From NCBI GenBank assembly GCA_964016885.1, contig OZ024742.1:357802001-357866000 (forward strand): a stretch of DNA of 64,000 nucleotides, in the 5' to 3' direction. Made by a program: the position numbers and the translations under genes. The DNA comes from Eledone cirrhosa (Eukaryota). The notes below the pieces were generated by a model. It was not told where the DNA came from and ran no database searches. It saw only the letters and a list, made by a program, of their open reading frames with translations. Position 1 is the stretch's first letter, and every line of letters starts with the position of its first letter. Below, piece after piece: positions 15,401 through 30,700 of the stretch.

Positions 15401-18400
15401 TTCAGAGCTATCAAATGTGGTAGGTATGGCCCCTTCCTTCTGACCTATCAAATATGCTAGGTATGGCCCCTTCCTTCAGACCTATCAAAGGTGGTAGGTA
15501 TGGCCACTTCCTTCAGACCTATCAAATGTGGTAAGTATGGCCCCTTCCTTCAGACCTATGAGAGGTGGTAGGAATGGCCCCTTCCTTCAGACCTTTCAAA
15601 TGTGGTAGGTATGGGCCCTTCCTTCAGACCTGTCAAATGTGTTAGGTATGGCCCCATCCTTCAGACCTTACAAATGTGGTAGGTATGGTCCCTACCTTCA
15701 GACCTATCAAAGGTGCTAGGTATGGCCCCTTCCTTCAGACCTATCAAATATGGTAGGTATGGCCCCTTCCTTCAGACCTATCAAAGGTGGTAGGTATGGC
15801 CCCTTCCTTCAGACCTATCAAAGGTGAGTAGGTAAGGCCCCTTCCTTCAGACATTTCAAATGTGGTAGGTATGGCCCCTTCCTTCAGACCTATCAAAGGC
15901 GGTAGGTATGACCCCTTCCTTCAGACCTATCAAAGTTGAAGGGTAAGGCCCCTTCCTTCAGACCTATCAAATGTAGTAGGTATGGCCCCATCCTTCAGAC
16001 CTTTCAACTATGTTATGTATGGCCCCTTCCTTCTGATCTGTCAAATGTGCTAGGTATGGCCCCTTTCTTCAGACATATCAAAGGTGGTATGTATGGCCCC
16101 TTCCTTCAGACCTATAAAAGGTGGTAGGTATGGCCCCTTCCTTCAGAACCTTCAAAGGTTGCAGGTATGGCCCCTTCCTTCAGACCTATCAAAGGTGGTA
16201 AGTATGGCCCCTTCCTTCAGACCTATCAAATGTAGTAGGTATGGCCCCTTCCTTCACACCTATCAAACGTGGTAGGTATGGCCCCTTCCTTCAGACCTTT
16301 CAAATATGGTAGGTATGGCCCCTTACTTCAGACCTATCAAAGGTGGTAGGTATGGCCCCTTCCTTCAGACCAATCTAAGGTGGTAAGTCTGGTCCCTTGC
16401 TTCAGACATTTCAAATGTGGTAGGTATGGCCCCTTCCTTCAGACATATTAAAGGTGCTAGGTAAGGCCCCTTCCTTCTGATCTGTCAAATGTAGTAGATA
16501 TGGCCCCTTCCTTCAGACCTTTCAAATATGGTAGGTATGGCCCCTTACTTCAGACCTATCAAAGGTGGTAGGTATGGCCCCTTCCTTCAGACCAATCTAA
16601 GGTGGTAAGTCTGGTCCCTTGCTTCAGACCTTTCAAATGTGGTAGGTATGGCCCCTTCCTTCAGACATATTAAAGGTGCTAGGTAAGGCCCCTTCCTTCT
16701 GATCTGTCAAATGTAGTAGATATGGCCCCTTCCTTCAGACCTTTCAAATGTGCTAGGTATGGCCCCTTCCTTCAGACCTATCAAATGTGGTAGGTATGGC
16801 CCCTTCCTTCAGACCTATCAAATGTGGTAAGTATGGCCCCGTTCCTTCAGACCTATCAAATGTGGTAGGTATGGCCCCTTCCTTCTGACCTATCAAATGT
16901 GCAATGATATGGCCCCTTCCTTCAGACCTATCAAATGTGGTAAGTATGGCCCCTTCCTTCAGACCTATCAAATGTGGTAGGTATGACCCCTTCCTTCAGA
17001 CCTATCAAAGTTGATGGGTAAGGCCCCTTCCTTCAGACCTATCAAAGGTGGTAGGTATGGCTCCATCCTTCAGACCTTTCAAATATGTTATGTATGGCCC
17101 CTTCCATCTGATCTGTCAAATGTGGTAGATATGGCCCCTTCCTTCTGACCTATCAAATGTGGTAGATATGGCCCCTTCCTTCAGACTTTTCAAATGTGGT
17201 AGGCATGGTCCCTTCCTTCGGACCTATCAAAGGTGGTAGGTGTGGCCCCTATATTCAGACCTATCAAATGTAGTAGGTATGGCCCATTCCTTCTGAACTA
17301 TGAAAGGTGGTAGGTATGGCCCCTTCCTTGAGACCTTACAAACGTGGAAGGTATGGTCCCTTCCTTCAGACCTATGAAAGGTGGTAGGTATGGCCTCTTC
17401 CTTCAGACCTATCAAAGGTGATAGGTAAGGTCCCTTCCTTCAGACTTAACAAATGTGTTAGGTAAGGCCCCTTCTTTCAGACCTATCAAAGGTGGTAGGT
17501 ATGGCCCCTTCCTTCAAAGCTATCAAACGTGGTAGGTATGGCCCCTTCCTTCAGACCTATCAAATGTGGTAGGTATGGGCCCTTCCTTCAGACCTACCAA
17601 ATATGGTAGGTATGGCCCCTTCCTTCAGACATATCAAAGGTGGTATGTATGGCCCCTTCCTTCAGACCTATAAAAGGTGGTAGGTATGGCCCTTTTCTTC
17701 AGAACCTTCAAAGCTTCCAGGTATGGCCCCTTCCTTCAGACCTATCAAAGGTGGTAAGTATGGGCCCTTCCTTCAGACCTATCAAAGGTATTAGGTATGG
17801 CCCCATCCTTCAGACCTATCAAATATGGTACGTATGGCCCCTTCCTTCTGACCTATCAAATATGCTAGGTATGGCCCCTTCCTTCAGACCTATCAAAGGT
17901 GGTAGGTATGGCCCCTTAATTTCAGACCTATCAAAGGTGGTAGGTATGGCCACTTCCTTCAGACCTATCAAAGGTGGTAGGTATGGCCCCTTTCTTCAGA
18001 CCTATCAAATGTGGTAGGTATGGCCCCTTCCTTCGGACCTATCAAATATGGTACGTATAGCCCATTCCTTCAGACCTATCAAATGTAGTAGGTATGGCCC
18101 CTATTTTCAAACCTATCAAATGTAGTAGGTATGGCCTCTTCCTTCAGACCTATCAAAGGTAGTAGGTGCGGCCCCTACATTCTGACCTATAAAATGTAGT
18201 AGATATGGCCGCTTCCTTCAGACCTTTCAAATATGGTAGGTATGTCCCCTTACTTCAGACCTATCAAAGGTGGTAGGTATGGCCCCTTCCTTCAGACCTA
18301 TCAAAGGTAGTAGGTATGGCCCCTTCCTTTAGACCTTTCAAATGTGGTATGTATGGCCCCTTCCTTCAGACATATCAAAGGTGATAGGTAAGGCCCCTTC

Positions 18401-21400
18401 CTTCAGACCTATCAAATGTAGTAGATATGGCCCCTTCCTTCAGACCTTTCAAATGTGTTAGGTATGGCCCCTTCCTTCAGACCTATCAAATGTGGTAGGT
18501 ATAGACCCTTCCTTCAGACCTATCAAATGTGGTAAGTATGGCCCCTTCCTTCAGACCTATCAAATGTGGTAGGTATGGCCCCTTCCTTCAGACCTATCAA
18601 TGTTGATGGGTAAGGCCCCCTCCTTCTGATCTGTCAAATGTGGTAGGTATGGCCCCTTCCTTCTGACCTATCAAATGTGGTAGATATGGCCCCTTCCTTC
18701 AGACGTATCAAAGGGTGTATGTACGGCCCCTTCCCAAGACCTTTCAAATGTGGTAGGTATTGTCCCTTCCTTCAGACCTTTCAAATGTGGTAGGTATCAG
18801 CCCTTCATTTAGACCTATCAAAGGTGCTAGGTGAGGCCCCTTCCTTCAGACCTATCAAATGTGGTAGGTATGGCCCCTTCCTTCAGACCATTCAAATGTG
18901 GTAGGTATGGCTCCTTCCTTCAGACGTATCAAATGTAGTAGGTATGGCCCCTTCTTTCAGACCTATCAAAGGTGGTAGGTGTGGCCCCTATATTCAGACC
19001 CATCAAACGTAGTAGGTATGGCCCCTTCTTTGACACCTATCAAAGTTGGTAGGTATGGCCCCTTCCTTCAGACCTATCAAAGGTGGTAGGTATGGCCCCT
19101 TCCTTTAGACCTATCAAATGTGGTAGGTATGGCCCATTCCTTCTGAACTATGAAAGGTGGTATGTATGGCCCCTTCCTTCAGACCTATCAAAGGTGGTAT
19201 TAATGGCCTCTTCCTTCAGACCTATCAAAGGTGGTAGGTAAGGCCCCTTCATTCAGACCTATCAAATGTGGTAGGTATGGCCCTTTCCTTCAGGCCCTCC
19301 AAATATGGTAAGTATGGCCCCTTCCTTCAGACCTTTCAAAGGTGGCAGCTATGGCCCCTACCTTCAGACCTATCACATGTAGTAGGTATGGCCCCTACCT
19401 TCAGACCTATCAAAGGTGGTAGGTATGGCCGCTTCCTTCAGACCTTACAAATGTGGTAGGTATGGTCCCTTCCTTCAGACCTATCAAATGTGGTAGGTAT
19501 GGCTCCTTCCTTCAGACCTTTCAAGTATGCTAGGTATGTCCCCTTACTTCAGACCTATCAAAGGTGTTAGGTATGGCCTCTTCCTTCAGACCTATCAAAG
19601 GTAGTAGGTATGGCCCCTTCCTTCAGACGTATCAAAGGTGGTAGGTATGGCCCCTTCCTTCAAACCTATCAAAAGTGGTAGGTATGGCCCCTTCCTTCAG
19701 ACCTATAAAAGGTGGTAGGTATGGGCCCTTCCTTCAGACCTATCAAATGTGGCAGGTATGGCCCCTTCCTTCAGACCTATCAAATGTGGTAGGTATGGGC
19801 CCTTCCTTCAGACCTACCAAATATGGTAGGTATGGCCCCTTCCTTCAGACCTATCAAAGGTGGTAGGTATGGCCCCTTCCTTCAGACCTATCAAAGGTGG
19901 TATGTATGGCCCCTTCCTTCAGACCTATAAAAGGTGGTAGGTATGGCCCCTTCCTTCAGACCTATCAAAGGTAGTAGGTATGGCCCCATCCTTCAGACCT
20001 ATCAAATATGGTACGTATGGCCCCTTCCTGCTGACCTATCAAATATGCTAGGTATAGCCCCTTCCTTCAGACCTATCAAAGGTGGTAGGTATGGCCCCTT
20101 AATTTCAGACCTATGAAAGGTGGTAGGTATGGCCACTTCCTTCAGACCTATCAAAGGTGGTAGATATGGCCCCTTCCTTCAGACCTATCAAATGTGGTAG
20201 GTATGGCCCCTTTCTTTGGACCTATCAAATGTAGTATGTATGGCCCCTATTTTCAAACCTATCAAATGTAGTAGGTATGGCCTCTTCCTTCAGACCTATC
20301 AAAGGTAGTAGGTGTGGCCCCTACATTCAGACCTATCAAATGTAGTAGGTATGGCCCCTTCCTTCACACCTATCAAAGGTGGTAGGTATGGCCGCTTCCT
20401 TCAGACCTTACAAATGTGGTAGGTATGGTCCCTTCCTTCAGACCTATCAAAGGTGGTAGGTATGGCCCCTTCCTTCAGACCTTTTCAAATATGGGAAGTA
20501 TGTCCCCTTACTTCAGACCTATCAAAGGTGGTAGGTATGGCCCCTTCCTTCAGACCTATCAAAGGTGGTAGGTATGGCCCCTTCCTTCAGACCTATCAAA
20601 TGTAGTAGATATGGCCCCTTCCTTCAGACCTTTCAAATGTGTTAGGTATAGCCCCTTCCTTCAGACCTATCAAATGTGGTAAGTATGGCCCCTTCCTTCA
20701 GACCTATCAAATGTGGTAAGTATGGCCCCTTCCTTCAGACCTATCAAAGTTGATGGGTATGGCCCCTTCCTTCAGACCTTTCAAAGGTGGTAGGTAAGGC
20801 CCCTTCCTTCAGACCTATCAAAGGCGGTAGGTAGGGCCCCTTCCTTCAGACCTTTCAAATGTGGTAAGTATGGCCCCTTCCTTCAGACGTTTCAAATGTG
20901 GTAGGTATCGCCCCTTCCTTCAGACCTATCAAATGTGTTAGGTATGGCTCCTTCCTTCAGACCTATCTAATATGGTACATATGGCCCCTTCCTTCAGACC
21001 TATCAAATGTGGTAGGTATAGACCCTTCCTTCAGACCTATCAAATGTGGTAAGTATGGCCCCTTCCTTCAGACCTATCAAATGTGGTAGATATGGCCCCT
21101 TCCTTCAGACCTATCAAAGTTGATGGGTAAGGCCCCCTCCTTCTGATCTGTCAAATGTGGTAGGTATGGCCCCTTCCTTCTGACCTATCAAATGTGGTAG
21201 ATATAGCCCCTTCCTTCAGACCTTTCAAATGTGGTAGGTATCGGCCCTTCATTTAGACCTATCAAAGGTGCTAGGTGAGGCCCCTTCCTTCAGACCTATC
21301 AAAGGTGGTAGTAATGGCCTCTTCCTTCAGACCTATCAAAGGTGGTAGGTAAGGCCCCTTCATTCAGACCTATCAAAGGTGATAGGTATGGCCCCTTCCT

Positions 21401-24400
21401 TCAAACCTATCAAACGTGGTAGGTATGGCACCTTCCTTCAGACCTATCAAAGGTGGTAGGTATGGCCCCTTCCTTCAGATCTATCAAATGTGGTAGGTAT
21501 AGCCCCTTCCTTCAGACCTATCAAATGTGGTAAGTATGGCCCCTTCCTTCAGACCTATCAAATGTGGTAAGTAAGGGCCCTTCCTTCAGACCTATCAAAG
21601 TTGATGGGTATGGCCCCTTCCTTCAGACCTTTCAAAGGTGTTAGGTAAGGCCCCTTCCTTCAGACCTATCAATGGCGGTAGGTACGGCCCCTTCCTTCAG
21701 ACCTTTCAAATGTGGTAAGTATGGCCCCTTCCTTCAGACGTTTCAAATGTGGTAGGTATAGCTCCTTCCTTCAGACCTATCAAAGGTGTTAGGTATGGCC
21801 CCTTCCTTCAGACCTATCAAAGGTGTTAGGTATGACCTCTTCCTTCAGACCTTACAAATGTGGAAGGTATGGCCCCTTCCTTCAGACCTATCAAAGGTGG
21901 TAGGTATGGCCCCTTCCTTCAGACCTATCAAAGGTGGTAGGTATGACCTCTTCCTTCAGACCTATCAAACGTGGTAGGTATGGCCCCTTCCTTCAAACCT
22001 ATCAAATGTGGTAGGTATGGCCCATTCCTTCTGACCTATGAAAGGTGGTAGGTATGGCCCCTTCCTTCAGACCTATCAAAGGTGGTAGGTACGGCCCCTT
22101 CCTTCAGACCTATCAAAGGTGGTAGGTATGACCTCTTCCTTCAGACCTATCAAACGTGGTAGGTATGGCCCCTTCCTTCAAACCTATCAAATGTGGTAGG
22201 TATGGCCCCTTCCTTCAAACCTATCAAACGTGGTAGGTATGGCCCCTTCCTTCAGACCTACCAAATATGGTAGGTATGGCCCCTTCCTTCAGACTTATCA
22301 AAGGTGGTAGGTATGGCCCCTTCCTTCAGACCTATCAAAGGTGGTAGTTATGGCCCCTTCCTTCAGAACCTTCAAAGGTTGCAGGTATGGCCCCTTCCTT
22401 CAGACCTATCAAAGGTGGTAGGTATGGCCACTTCCTTCAGACCTATCAAATGTGGTAGGTATGGCCCCTTCCTTCGGACCTATCAAATATGGTAGATATG
22501 GCCCTTTCCTTCAGAACTATCAAAGGTAGTAGGTGTGGCCCCTACATTCTGACCTATCAAAGGTGGTAGGTATGGCCCCTTCCTTCACACCTATCAAAGG
22601 TGGTAGGTATGGCCCCTTCCTTAAGACCTATCAAAGGTGGTAGGTATGGCCCCTTCCTTCAGACCTTACAAATGTGGTAGGTATGGTCCCTTCCTTCAGA
22701 CCTATCAAAGGTGGTAGGTATGGCCCCTTCCTTCAGACCTTTCAAATATGGTAGGTATGGCCCCTTACTTCAGACCTATTAAAGGTTGTAGGTATGGCCC
22801 CTTCCTTCAGACCTATCAAAGGTGGTAGGTATGGCCCCTTCCTTCAGACCTTTCAAATGTGGTAGGTATGGCCCCTTCCTTCAGACATATCAAAGGTGCT
22901 AGGTAAGGCCCCTTCCTTCAGACCTATCAAATGTAGTAGATATGGCCCCTACCTTCAGACATTTCAAATGTGGTAGGTATGGCCCCTTCCTTCAGATCTA
23001 TCAAATGTGGTAGGTATGGCCTCTTCCTTCAGACCTATCAAATGTGGTAGGTATGGCCCCTTCCTTCAGACCTATCAAAGTTGATGGGTAAGGCCCCTTC
23101 CTTCAGACCTATCAAAGGTGGTAGCTATGGCCCCATCCTTCAGACCTTTCAAATATGTTAGGTATGGCCCCTTCCTTCTGATCTGTCAAATGTGGTAGAT
23201 ATGGCCCCTTCCTTCAGACCTATCAAAGGCGGTAGGTACGGCCTCTTCATTCAGACCTTTCAAATGTGGTAGGTATGTTCCCTTCCTTCAGACCTATCAA
23301 ATGTGGTAGGTATAGCCCCTTCCTTCAGACCTATCAAATGTGGTAAGTATGGCCCCTTCCTTCAGACCTATCAAAAGTAGTAGGTATGGCCCCATCCTAC
23401 AGACCTATCAAATATGGTAGGTATGGCCCCTTCCTTCTGACCTATCAAATATGCTAGGTATGGCCCCTTCCTTCAGACCTATCAAAGGGGGTAGGTATGG
23501 CCCCTTCCTTCAGACCTATCAAAGGTGGTAGGTATGGCCCCTTTCTTCAGACCTATCAAAGGTGCTATGTAAGTCCACTTTCTTCAGACCTATCAAAGGT
23601 GGTAGGTATGGCCCCTTCCTTCAGACCTATCAAAGGTGGTAGGTATGGTCCCTTCCTTCAGACCTATCAAAGGTGGTAGGTATGGCCCCTTCCTTCAGAC
23701 CTATCAAAGGTGGTAGGTAAGGCCCCTTCATTCAGACCTATCAAATGTGGTAGGTATGGCCCCTTCCTTCAGACCTATCAAATGTGGTAGGTATGGCCAC
23801 TTCCTTCGGACCTATCAAATATGGTAGGTATGGCCCCTTCCTTCTGACCTATCAAATATGCTAGGTATGGCCCCTTCCTTCAGACCTATCAAAGGGGGTA
23901 GGTATGGCCCCTTCCTTCAGACCTATCAAAGGTGGTAGGTATGGCCCCTTTCTTCAGACCTATCAAAGGTGCTAGGTAAGGCCGCTTCCTTCAGACCTAT
24001 CAAAGGTGGTAGTAATGGCCCCTTCCTTCAGACCTTTCAAATATGGTAGGTATGGCCCCTTACTTCAGACCTATCAAAGGTGGTAGGTATGGCCCCTTCC
24101 TTCAGACCTATCAAAGGTGGTAGATATGACCTCTTCCTTCAGACCTTACAAATGTGGTAGGTATTGTCCCTTCCTTCAGACCTATCAAAGGTGGTAGGTA
24201 TGGCCCCTTCCTTCAGACCTATCAAAGGTGGTAGGTATGGTCCCTTCCTTCAGACATATCAAAGGTGTTATGTAAGGCCCCTTCCTTCAGACCTATCAAA
24301 TGTAGTAGATATGGCCCCTTCCTTCAGACCTTTCAAATGTGTTAGGTATGTTCCCTTCCTTCAGACCTATCAAATGTGGTAGGTATAGCCCCTTCCTTCA

Positions 24401-27400
24401 GACCTATCAAATGTGGTAAGTATGGCCCCTTCCTTCAGACCTATCAAATGTGGTAGATATGGCCCCTTCCTTCAGACCTATCAAAGCTGATGGGTAAGGC
24501 CCCTTCCTTCAGACCTATCAAAGGTGGTAGGTATCGCTCCTTCCTTCAGTCCTTTCAAATGTGGTAGGTATGGCCTCTTCCTTCTGATCTGTCAAATGTG
24601 GTAGGTGTGGCCTCTTCCTTCGGACCTATCAAATGTGGTAGATATGGCCCCTTCCTTCAGACCTATCAAAAGCGGTAGGTACGGCCTCTTCCTTCAGACC
24701 TTTCAAATGTGGTAGGTATTGTCCCTTCCTTCAGACCTATCAAATGTGGTAGGTATCGGTCCTTCATTTAGATCTATCAAAGGTGCTCGTTAAGGCCCCT
24801 TCCTTCAGATCTATCAAAGGTGGTAGGTATGGCCCCTTCTTTCAGACCATTCAAAGGTGGTAGGTATGGCTCCTTCCTTCAGACCTATCAAATGTAGTAG
24901 GTATGGCCCCTTCCTTCAAACCTATCAAATGTAGTAGGTATGGCCACTTCCTTCAGACCTATGAAAGGTGGTAGGTGTGGCCCCTATATTCAGACCTATC
25001 AAATGTCGTAGGTATGGCCCCTTCCTTGACACCTATCAAAGTTGGTAGGTATGGCCCCTTCCTTCAGACCTATCAAAGGATGTAGGTATGACCTCTTCCT
25101 TCAGACCTTACATATGTGGTAGGTATTGTCCCTTCCTTCAGACCTATCAAAGGTGGTAGGTATGGCCCCTTACTTCAGACCTATCAAAGGTGGTAGGTAT
25201 GGCCCCTTCCTTCAGACCTATCAAAGGTGGTAGATATGACCTCTTCCTTCAGACCTTACAAATGTGGTAGGTATTGTCCCTTCCTTCAGACCTATCAAAG
25301 GTGGTAGGTATGGCCCCTTCCTTCAGACCTATCAAAGGTGGTAGTAATGGCCTCTTCCTTCAGACCTATCAAAGGTGGTAGGTAAGGCCCCTTCCTTCAG
25401 ACCTATCAAAGGTGGTAGGTATGGCCCCTTCCTTCAGACCTATCAAAGGTGGTAGGTATGGCCCCTTCCTTCAGACCTATCAAAGGTGGTAGTAATGGCC
25501 CCTTCATTCAGACCTATGAAATGTGTTACGTAAGGCCCCTTCCTTCAGAACTATCAAAGGTGGTAGGTATGTCCCCTTCCTTCAGACCTATCAAAGGTGG
25601 TAGGTATGGCCCCTTCCTTCAGACCTATCAAAGGTGGTAGTAATGGCCCCTTCATTCAGACCTATGAAATGTGTTACGTAAGGCCCCTTCCTTCAGAACT
25701 ATCAAAGGTGGTAGGTATGGCCCCTTCCTTCAGACCTATCAAAGGTGGTAGGTATGGCCCCTTCCTTCAGACCTTTCAAATGTGGTAGGTATGGCCCCTA
25801 CCTTCAGACATATCAAAGGTGTTATGTAAGGCCCCTTCCTTCAGACCTATCAAATGTAGTAGATATGGCCCCTTCCTTCAGACCTTTCAAATGTGTTAGG
25901 TATGTTCCCTTCCTTCAGACCTATCAAATGTGGTAGGTATAGCCCCTTCCTTCAGACCTATCAAATGTGGTAAGTATGGCCCCTTCCTTCAGACCTATCA
26001 AATGTGGTAGGTATGGCCCCTTCCTTCAGACCTATCAAAGCTGATGGGTAAGGCCCCTTCCTTCAGACCTATCAAAGGTGGTAGGTATGGCCCCATCCTT
26101 CAAACCTTTCAAATATGTTAGGTATGGCCCCTTCCTTCTGATCTGTCAAATGTGGTAGATATGGCCCCTTCCTTCAGACCTATCAAAGGCGGTAGGTACG
26201 GCCTCTTCATTCAGACCTTTCAAATGTGGTAGGTATTGTCCCTTCCTTCAGACCTATCAAATGTGGTAGGTATCGGCCCTTCATTTAGATCTATCAAAGG
26301 TGCTCGTTAAGGCCCCTTCCTTCAGATCTATCAAAGGTGGTAGGTATGGCCCCTTCTTTCAGACCATTCAAATGTGGTAGGTAAGGCCACTTCCTTCAGA
26401 CCTATGAAAGGTGGTAGGTGTGGCCCCTATATTCAGACCTATCAAAAGTCGTAGGTATGGCCCCTTCCTTGACACCTATCAAAGTTGGTAGGTATGGCCC
26501 CTTCCTTCAGTCCTATCAAAGGATGTATGTATGACCTCTTCCTTCAGACCTTACATATGTGGTAGGTATTGTCCCTTCCTTCAGACCTATCGAATGTGGT
26601 AGGTATGGCCACTTCCTTCGGACCTATCAAATATGGTAGGTATAGCCCCTTTCTTCAGATCTATCAAATGTAGTAGGTATGGCCCCTATTTTCAAACCTA
26701 TCAAATGTAGTAAGTATGGCCCCTTCCTTCAAACCTATCAAAGGTGGTAGGTATGGCCCCTTCCTTCAGACTTTACAAATGTGGTAGGTATGGCCCCTTA
26801 CTTCAGACCTATCAAAGGTGGTAGGTATGGCCCCTTCCTTCAGACCTTTCAAATATGGTAGGTATGGCCCCTTACTTCAGACCTATCAAAGGTGGTAGGT
26901 ATGGCCCCTTCCTTCAGACCTATCAAAGGTGGTAGTTATGGCCCCTTCCTTCAGACCTATCAAATGTGGTAGGTATGGCCCCTTCCTTCAGACCTATCAA
27001 AGGTGGTAGGTAAGGCCCCTTCATTCAGACCTATGAAATGTGTTACGTAAGCCCCTTCCTTCAGACCTATCAAAGGTGGTAGGTATGGCCCCTTCCTTCA
27101 GACCTATCAAAGGTGGTAGGTATGGCCCCTTACTTCAGACCTTTCAAATGTGGTAGGTATGGCCCCTTCCTTCAGACCTATCAAATGTAGTAGATATGGC
27201 CCCTTCCTTCAGACCTTTCAAATGTGTTATTTATGGCCCCTTCCTTCAGACCTATCAAATGTGGTAGGTATAGCCCCTTCCTTCAGACCTATCAAATGTG
27301 GTAAGTATGGCCCCTTCCTTCAGACCTATCAAAGGTGGTAGGTATGGCCCCATCCTTCAGACCTTTCAAATATGTTAGGTATGGCCCCTTCCTTCTGATC

Positions 27401-27759
27401 TGTCAAATATGGTAGGTATGGCCCCTTCCTTCTGACCTATCAAATGTGGTAGATATGGCTCCTTCCTTCAGACCTATCAAATGTAGTACGTATGGCCCCT
27501 TCCTTCAGACCTATCAAAGGTGGTAGGTGTGGTCCCTATATTCAGACCTATCGAATGTAGTAGGTATGGCACTTCCTTCAGACCTATCAAAGGTAGTAGG
27601 TAAGGCCCCTTCCTTCAAACCTAACAAATGTGTTAGGTATGGCCCCTTCCTTCAGACCTATCAAAGGTGGTAGGTATGGCCCCTTCCTTCAAACCTATCA
27701 AATATGGTAGGTATGGCCCCTTCCTTCAGACATATCAAATGTGGTAAGTATGGGCCCTT

Positions 27760-30700
27760 CCTTCAGACCTACCAAATATGGTAGGTATGGCCCTTTCCTT
27801 CAGACCTATCAAAGGTGGTAGGTATGGCCCCTTCCTTCAGACCTATCAAAGGTGGTATGTTTGGCCCCTTCCTTCAGACCTATAAAATGTGGTAGGTATG
27901 GCCCTTTCCTTCAGAACCTTCAAATGTTCCAGGTATGGCCCCTTCCTTCAGACCTATCTAAGTTGGTAAGTATGGGCCCTTCCTCCAGACCTATCAAAGG
28001 TAGTAGATATGGCCCCATCCGTCAGACCTATCAAATATGGTAGGAATGGACCCTTCCTTCTGACCTATAAAATATGCTAGGTAAGGCCCCTTCCTTCAGA
28101 CCTATCAAATATGTTAGGTATAGCCCCTTCCTTCAGATCTATCAAATGTAGTAGGTATGGCCTCTTCCTTCAAACCAATCAAAGGTGGTAGGTATTACCT
28201 CTTCCTTCAGACCTTACAAATGTGGTAGGTATTGTCCCTTCCTTCAGACCTATCAAAGGTGGTAGGTATGGCCCCTTCCTTCAGACCTATCAAAGGTGGT
28301 AGGTAAGGCCCCTTCATTCAGACCTATGAAATGTGGTAGGTATGGCCCCTTCCTTCAGACCTATCAAAGCTGATGGGTAAGGCCCCTTCATTCAGACCTA
28401 TCAAAGGTGGTAGGTATGGCCCCATCCTTCAGACCTTTCAAATATGTTAGGTATGGCCCCTTCCTTCTGATCTGTCAAATGTGGTAGGTATGGCCCCTTC
28501 CTTCTGACCTATCAAATGTGGTAGATATGGGCCCTTCCTTCAGACCTATCAAAGGCGGTAGGTACGGCCTCTTCCTTCAGACCTTTCAAATGTAGGTAGG
28601 TATTGTCCCTTCCTTCAGACCTATCAAATGTGGTAGGTATCGGCCCTTTATTTAGATCTATCAAAGGTGCTCATTAAGACCCCATCCTTCAGACCATTCA
28701 AAGGTGGTAGGTATGGCTCCTTCCTTCAGACCTATCAAATGTAGTAGGTAAGGCCCCTTCCTTCAGACCTATGAAAGGTGGTAGGTGTGGCCCCTATATT
28801 CAGACCTATCAAATGTAGTAGGTATGGCCCCTTCCTTGACACCTATCAAAGTTGGTAGGTATGACCTCTTCCTTCAGACCTATCAAAGGTGGTAGGTATG
28901 GCCCCTTCCTTCAGACCTATCAAAGGTGGTAGGTATGGTCCCTTCCTTCAGACCTATCAAAGGTGGTAGGTATGGTCCCTTCCTTCAGACCTATCAAAGG
29001 TGGTAGGTATGGCCCCTTCCTTCAGACCTATCAAAGGTAGTAGGTATGGTCCCTTCCTTCAGACCTATCAAAGGTGGTAGCTATGGTCCCTTCCTTCAGA
29101 CCTATCAAAGGTGGTAGGTATGGTCCCTTCCTTCAGACCTATCAAAGGTGGTAGGTATGGCCCCTTCCTTCAGACCTATCAAAGGTGGTAGGTATGGCCC
29201 CTTCCTTCAGACCTATCAAAGGTAGTAGGTATGGTCCCTTCCTTCAGACCTATCAAAGGTGGTAGGTATGGTCCCTTCCTTCAGACCTATCAAAGGTGGT
29301 AGGTATGGCCCCTTCCTTCAGACCTATCAAAGGTAGTAGGTATGGTCCCTTCCTTCAGACCTATCAAAGGTGGTAGCTATGGTCCCTTCCTTCAGACCTA
29401 TCAAAGGTGGTAGGTATGGTCCCTTCCTTCAGACCTATCAAAGGTGGTAGGTATGGCCCCTTCCTTCAGACCTATCAAAGGTGGTAGGTATGGCCCCTTC
29501 CTTCAGACCTATCAAAGGTTGTAGGTAAGGCCCCTTCCTTCAGACCTATCAATGGTGGTAGGTATGGCCCCTTCCTTCAGACCTATCAAAGGTGGTAGGT
29601 AAGGCCCCTTCCTTCAGACCTATGAAAGGTGGTAGGTGTGGCCCCTATATTCAGACCTATCAAATGTAGTAGGTATGGCCCCTTCCTTGACACCTATCAA
29701 AGGTGGTAGGTATGGCCCCTTCCTTCAGACCTATCAAAGGTGGTAGGTAAGGCTCCTTCCTTCAGACCTATCAAATGTGTTAATTAAGGCCCCTTCCTTC
29801 AGACCTATCAAATATGGTAGGTATGGCCCCTTCCTTCAGACCTATCAAATGTTGTAGGTATGGCCCCTTACTTCAGACCTACCAAATATGGTAGGTATGG
29901 CCCCTTCCTGCAGACCTATCAAAGGTGGTAGCTATGGCCCCATTTTTCAGACCTATCAAATATGGTAAGTAAGGCCCCATCCTTCAGACCTATGAAAGGT
30001 GGTAGGTATGGCCCCTTCCTTCAGACCTTTCAAAGGTGGTAGGTATGGCCCCTTCCTTCAGACCTATCAAAGGTGGTAGGTATGGCCCCTTCCTTCAGAC
30101 CTATCAAAGGTGGTAGGTAAGGCCCCTTCCTTCAGACCTATCAAAGGTGGTAGGTATGGCCCCTTCCTTCAGACCTATCAAAGGTGGTAGGTAAGGCCCC
30201 TTCCTTCAGACCTATCACAGGTGGTAGGTAAGGCCCCTTCCTTCAGACCTATCACAGGGGGTAGGTATGGCCCCTTCCTTCAGACCTATCAAAGGTGGTA
30301 GGTAAGGCCCCTTCCTTCAGACCTTTCAAAGGTGGTAGGTATGGCCCCTTCCTTCAGACCTTTCAAAGGTGGTAGGTATGGCCCCTTCCTTCAGACCTTT
30401 CAAAGGTGGTAGGTATGGCCCCTTCCTTCAGACCTATCAAAGGTGGTAGGTAAGGCCCCTTCCTTCAGACCTATCACAGGTGGTAGGTAAGGCCCCTTCC
30501 TTCAGACCTATCAAAGGTGGTAGGTATGGTCCCTTCCTTCAGACCTATCAAAGGTGGTAGGTAAGGCCCCTTCCTTCAGACCTACCAAATATGGTAGGTA
30601 TGGCCCTTTCCTTCAGACCTATCAAAGGTGGTAGGTATGGCCCCTTCCTTCAGACCTATCAAAGGTGGTATGTTTGGCCCCTTCCTTCAGACCTATAAAA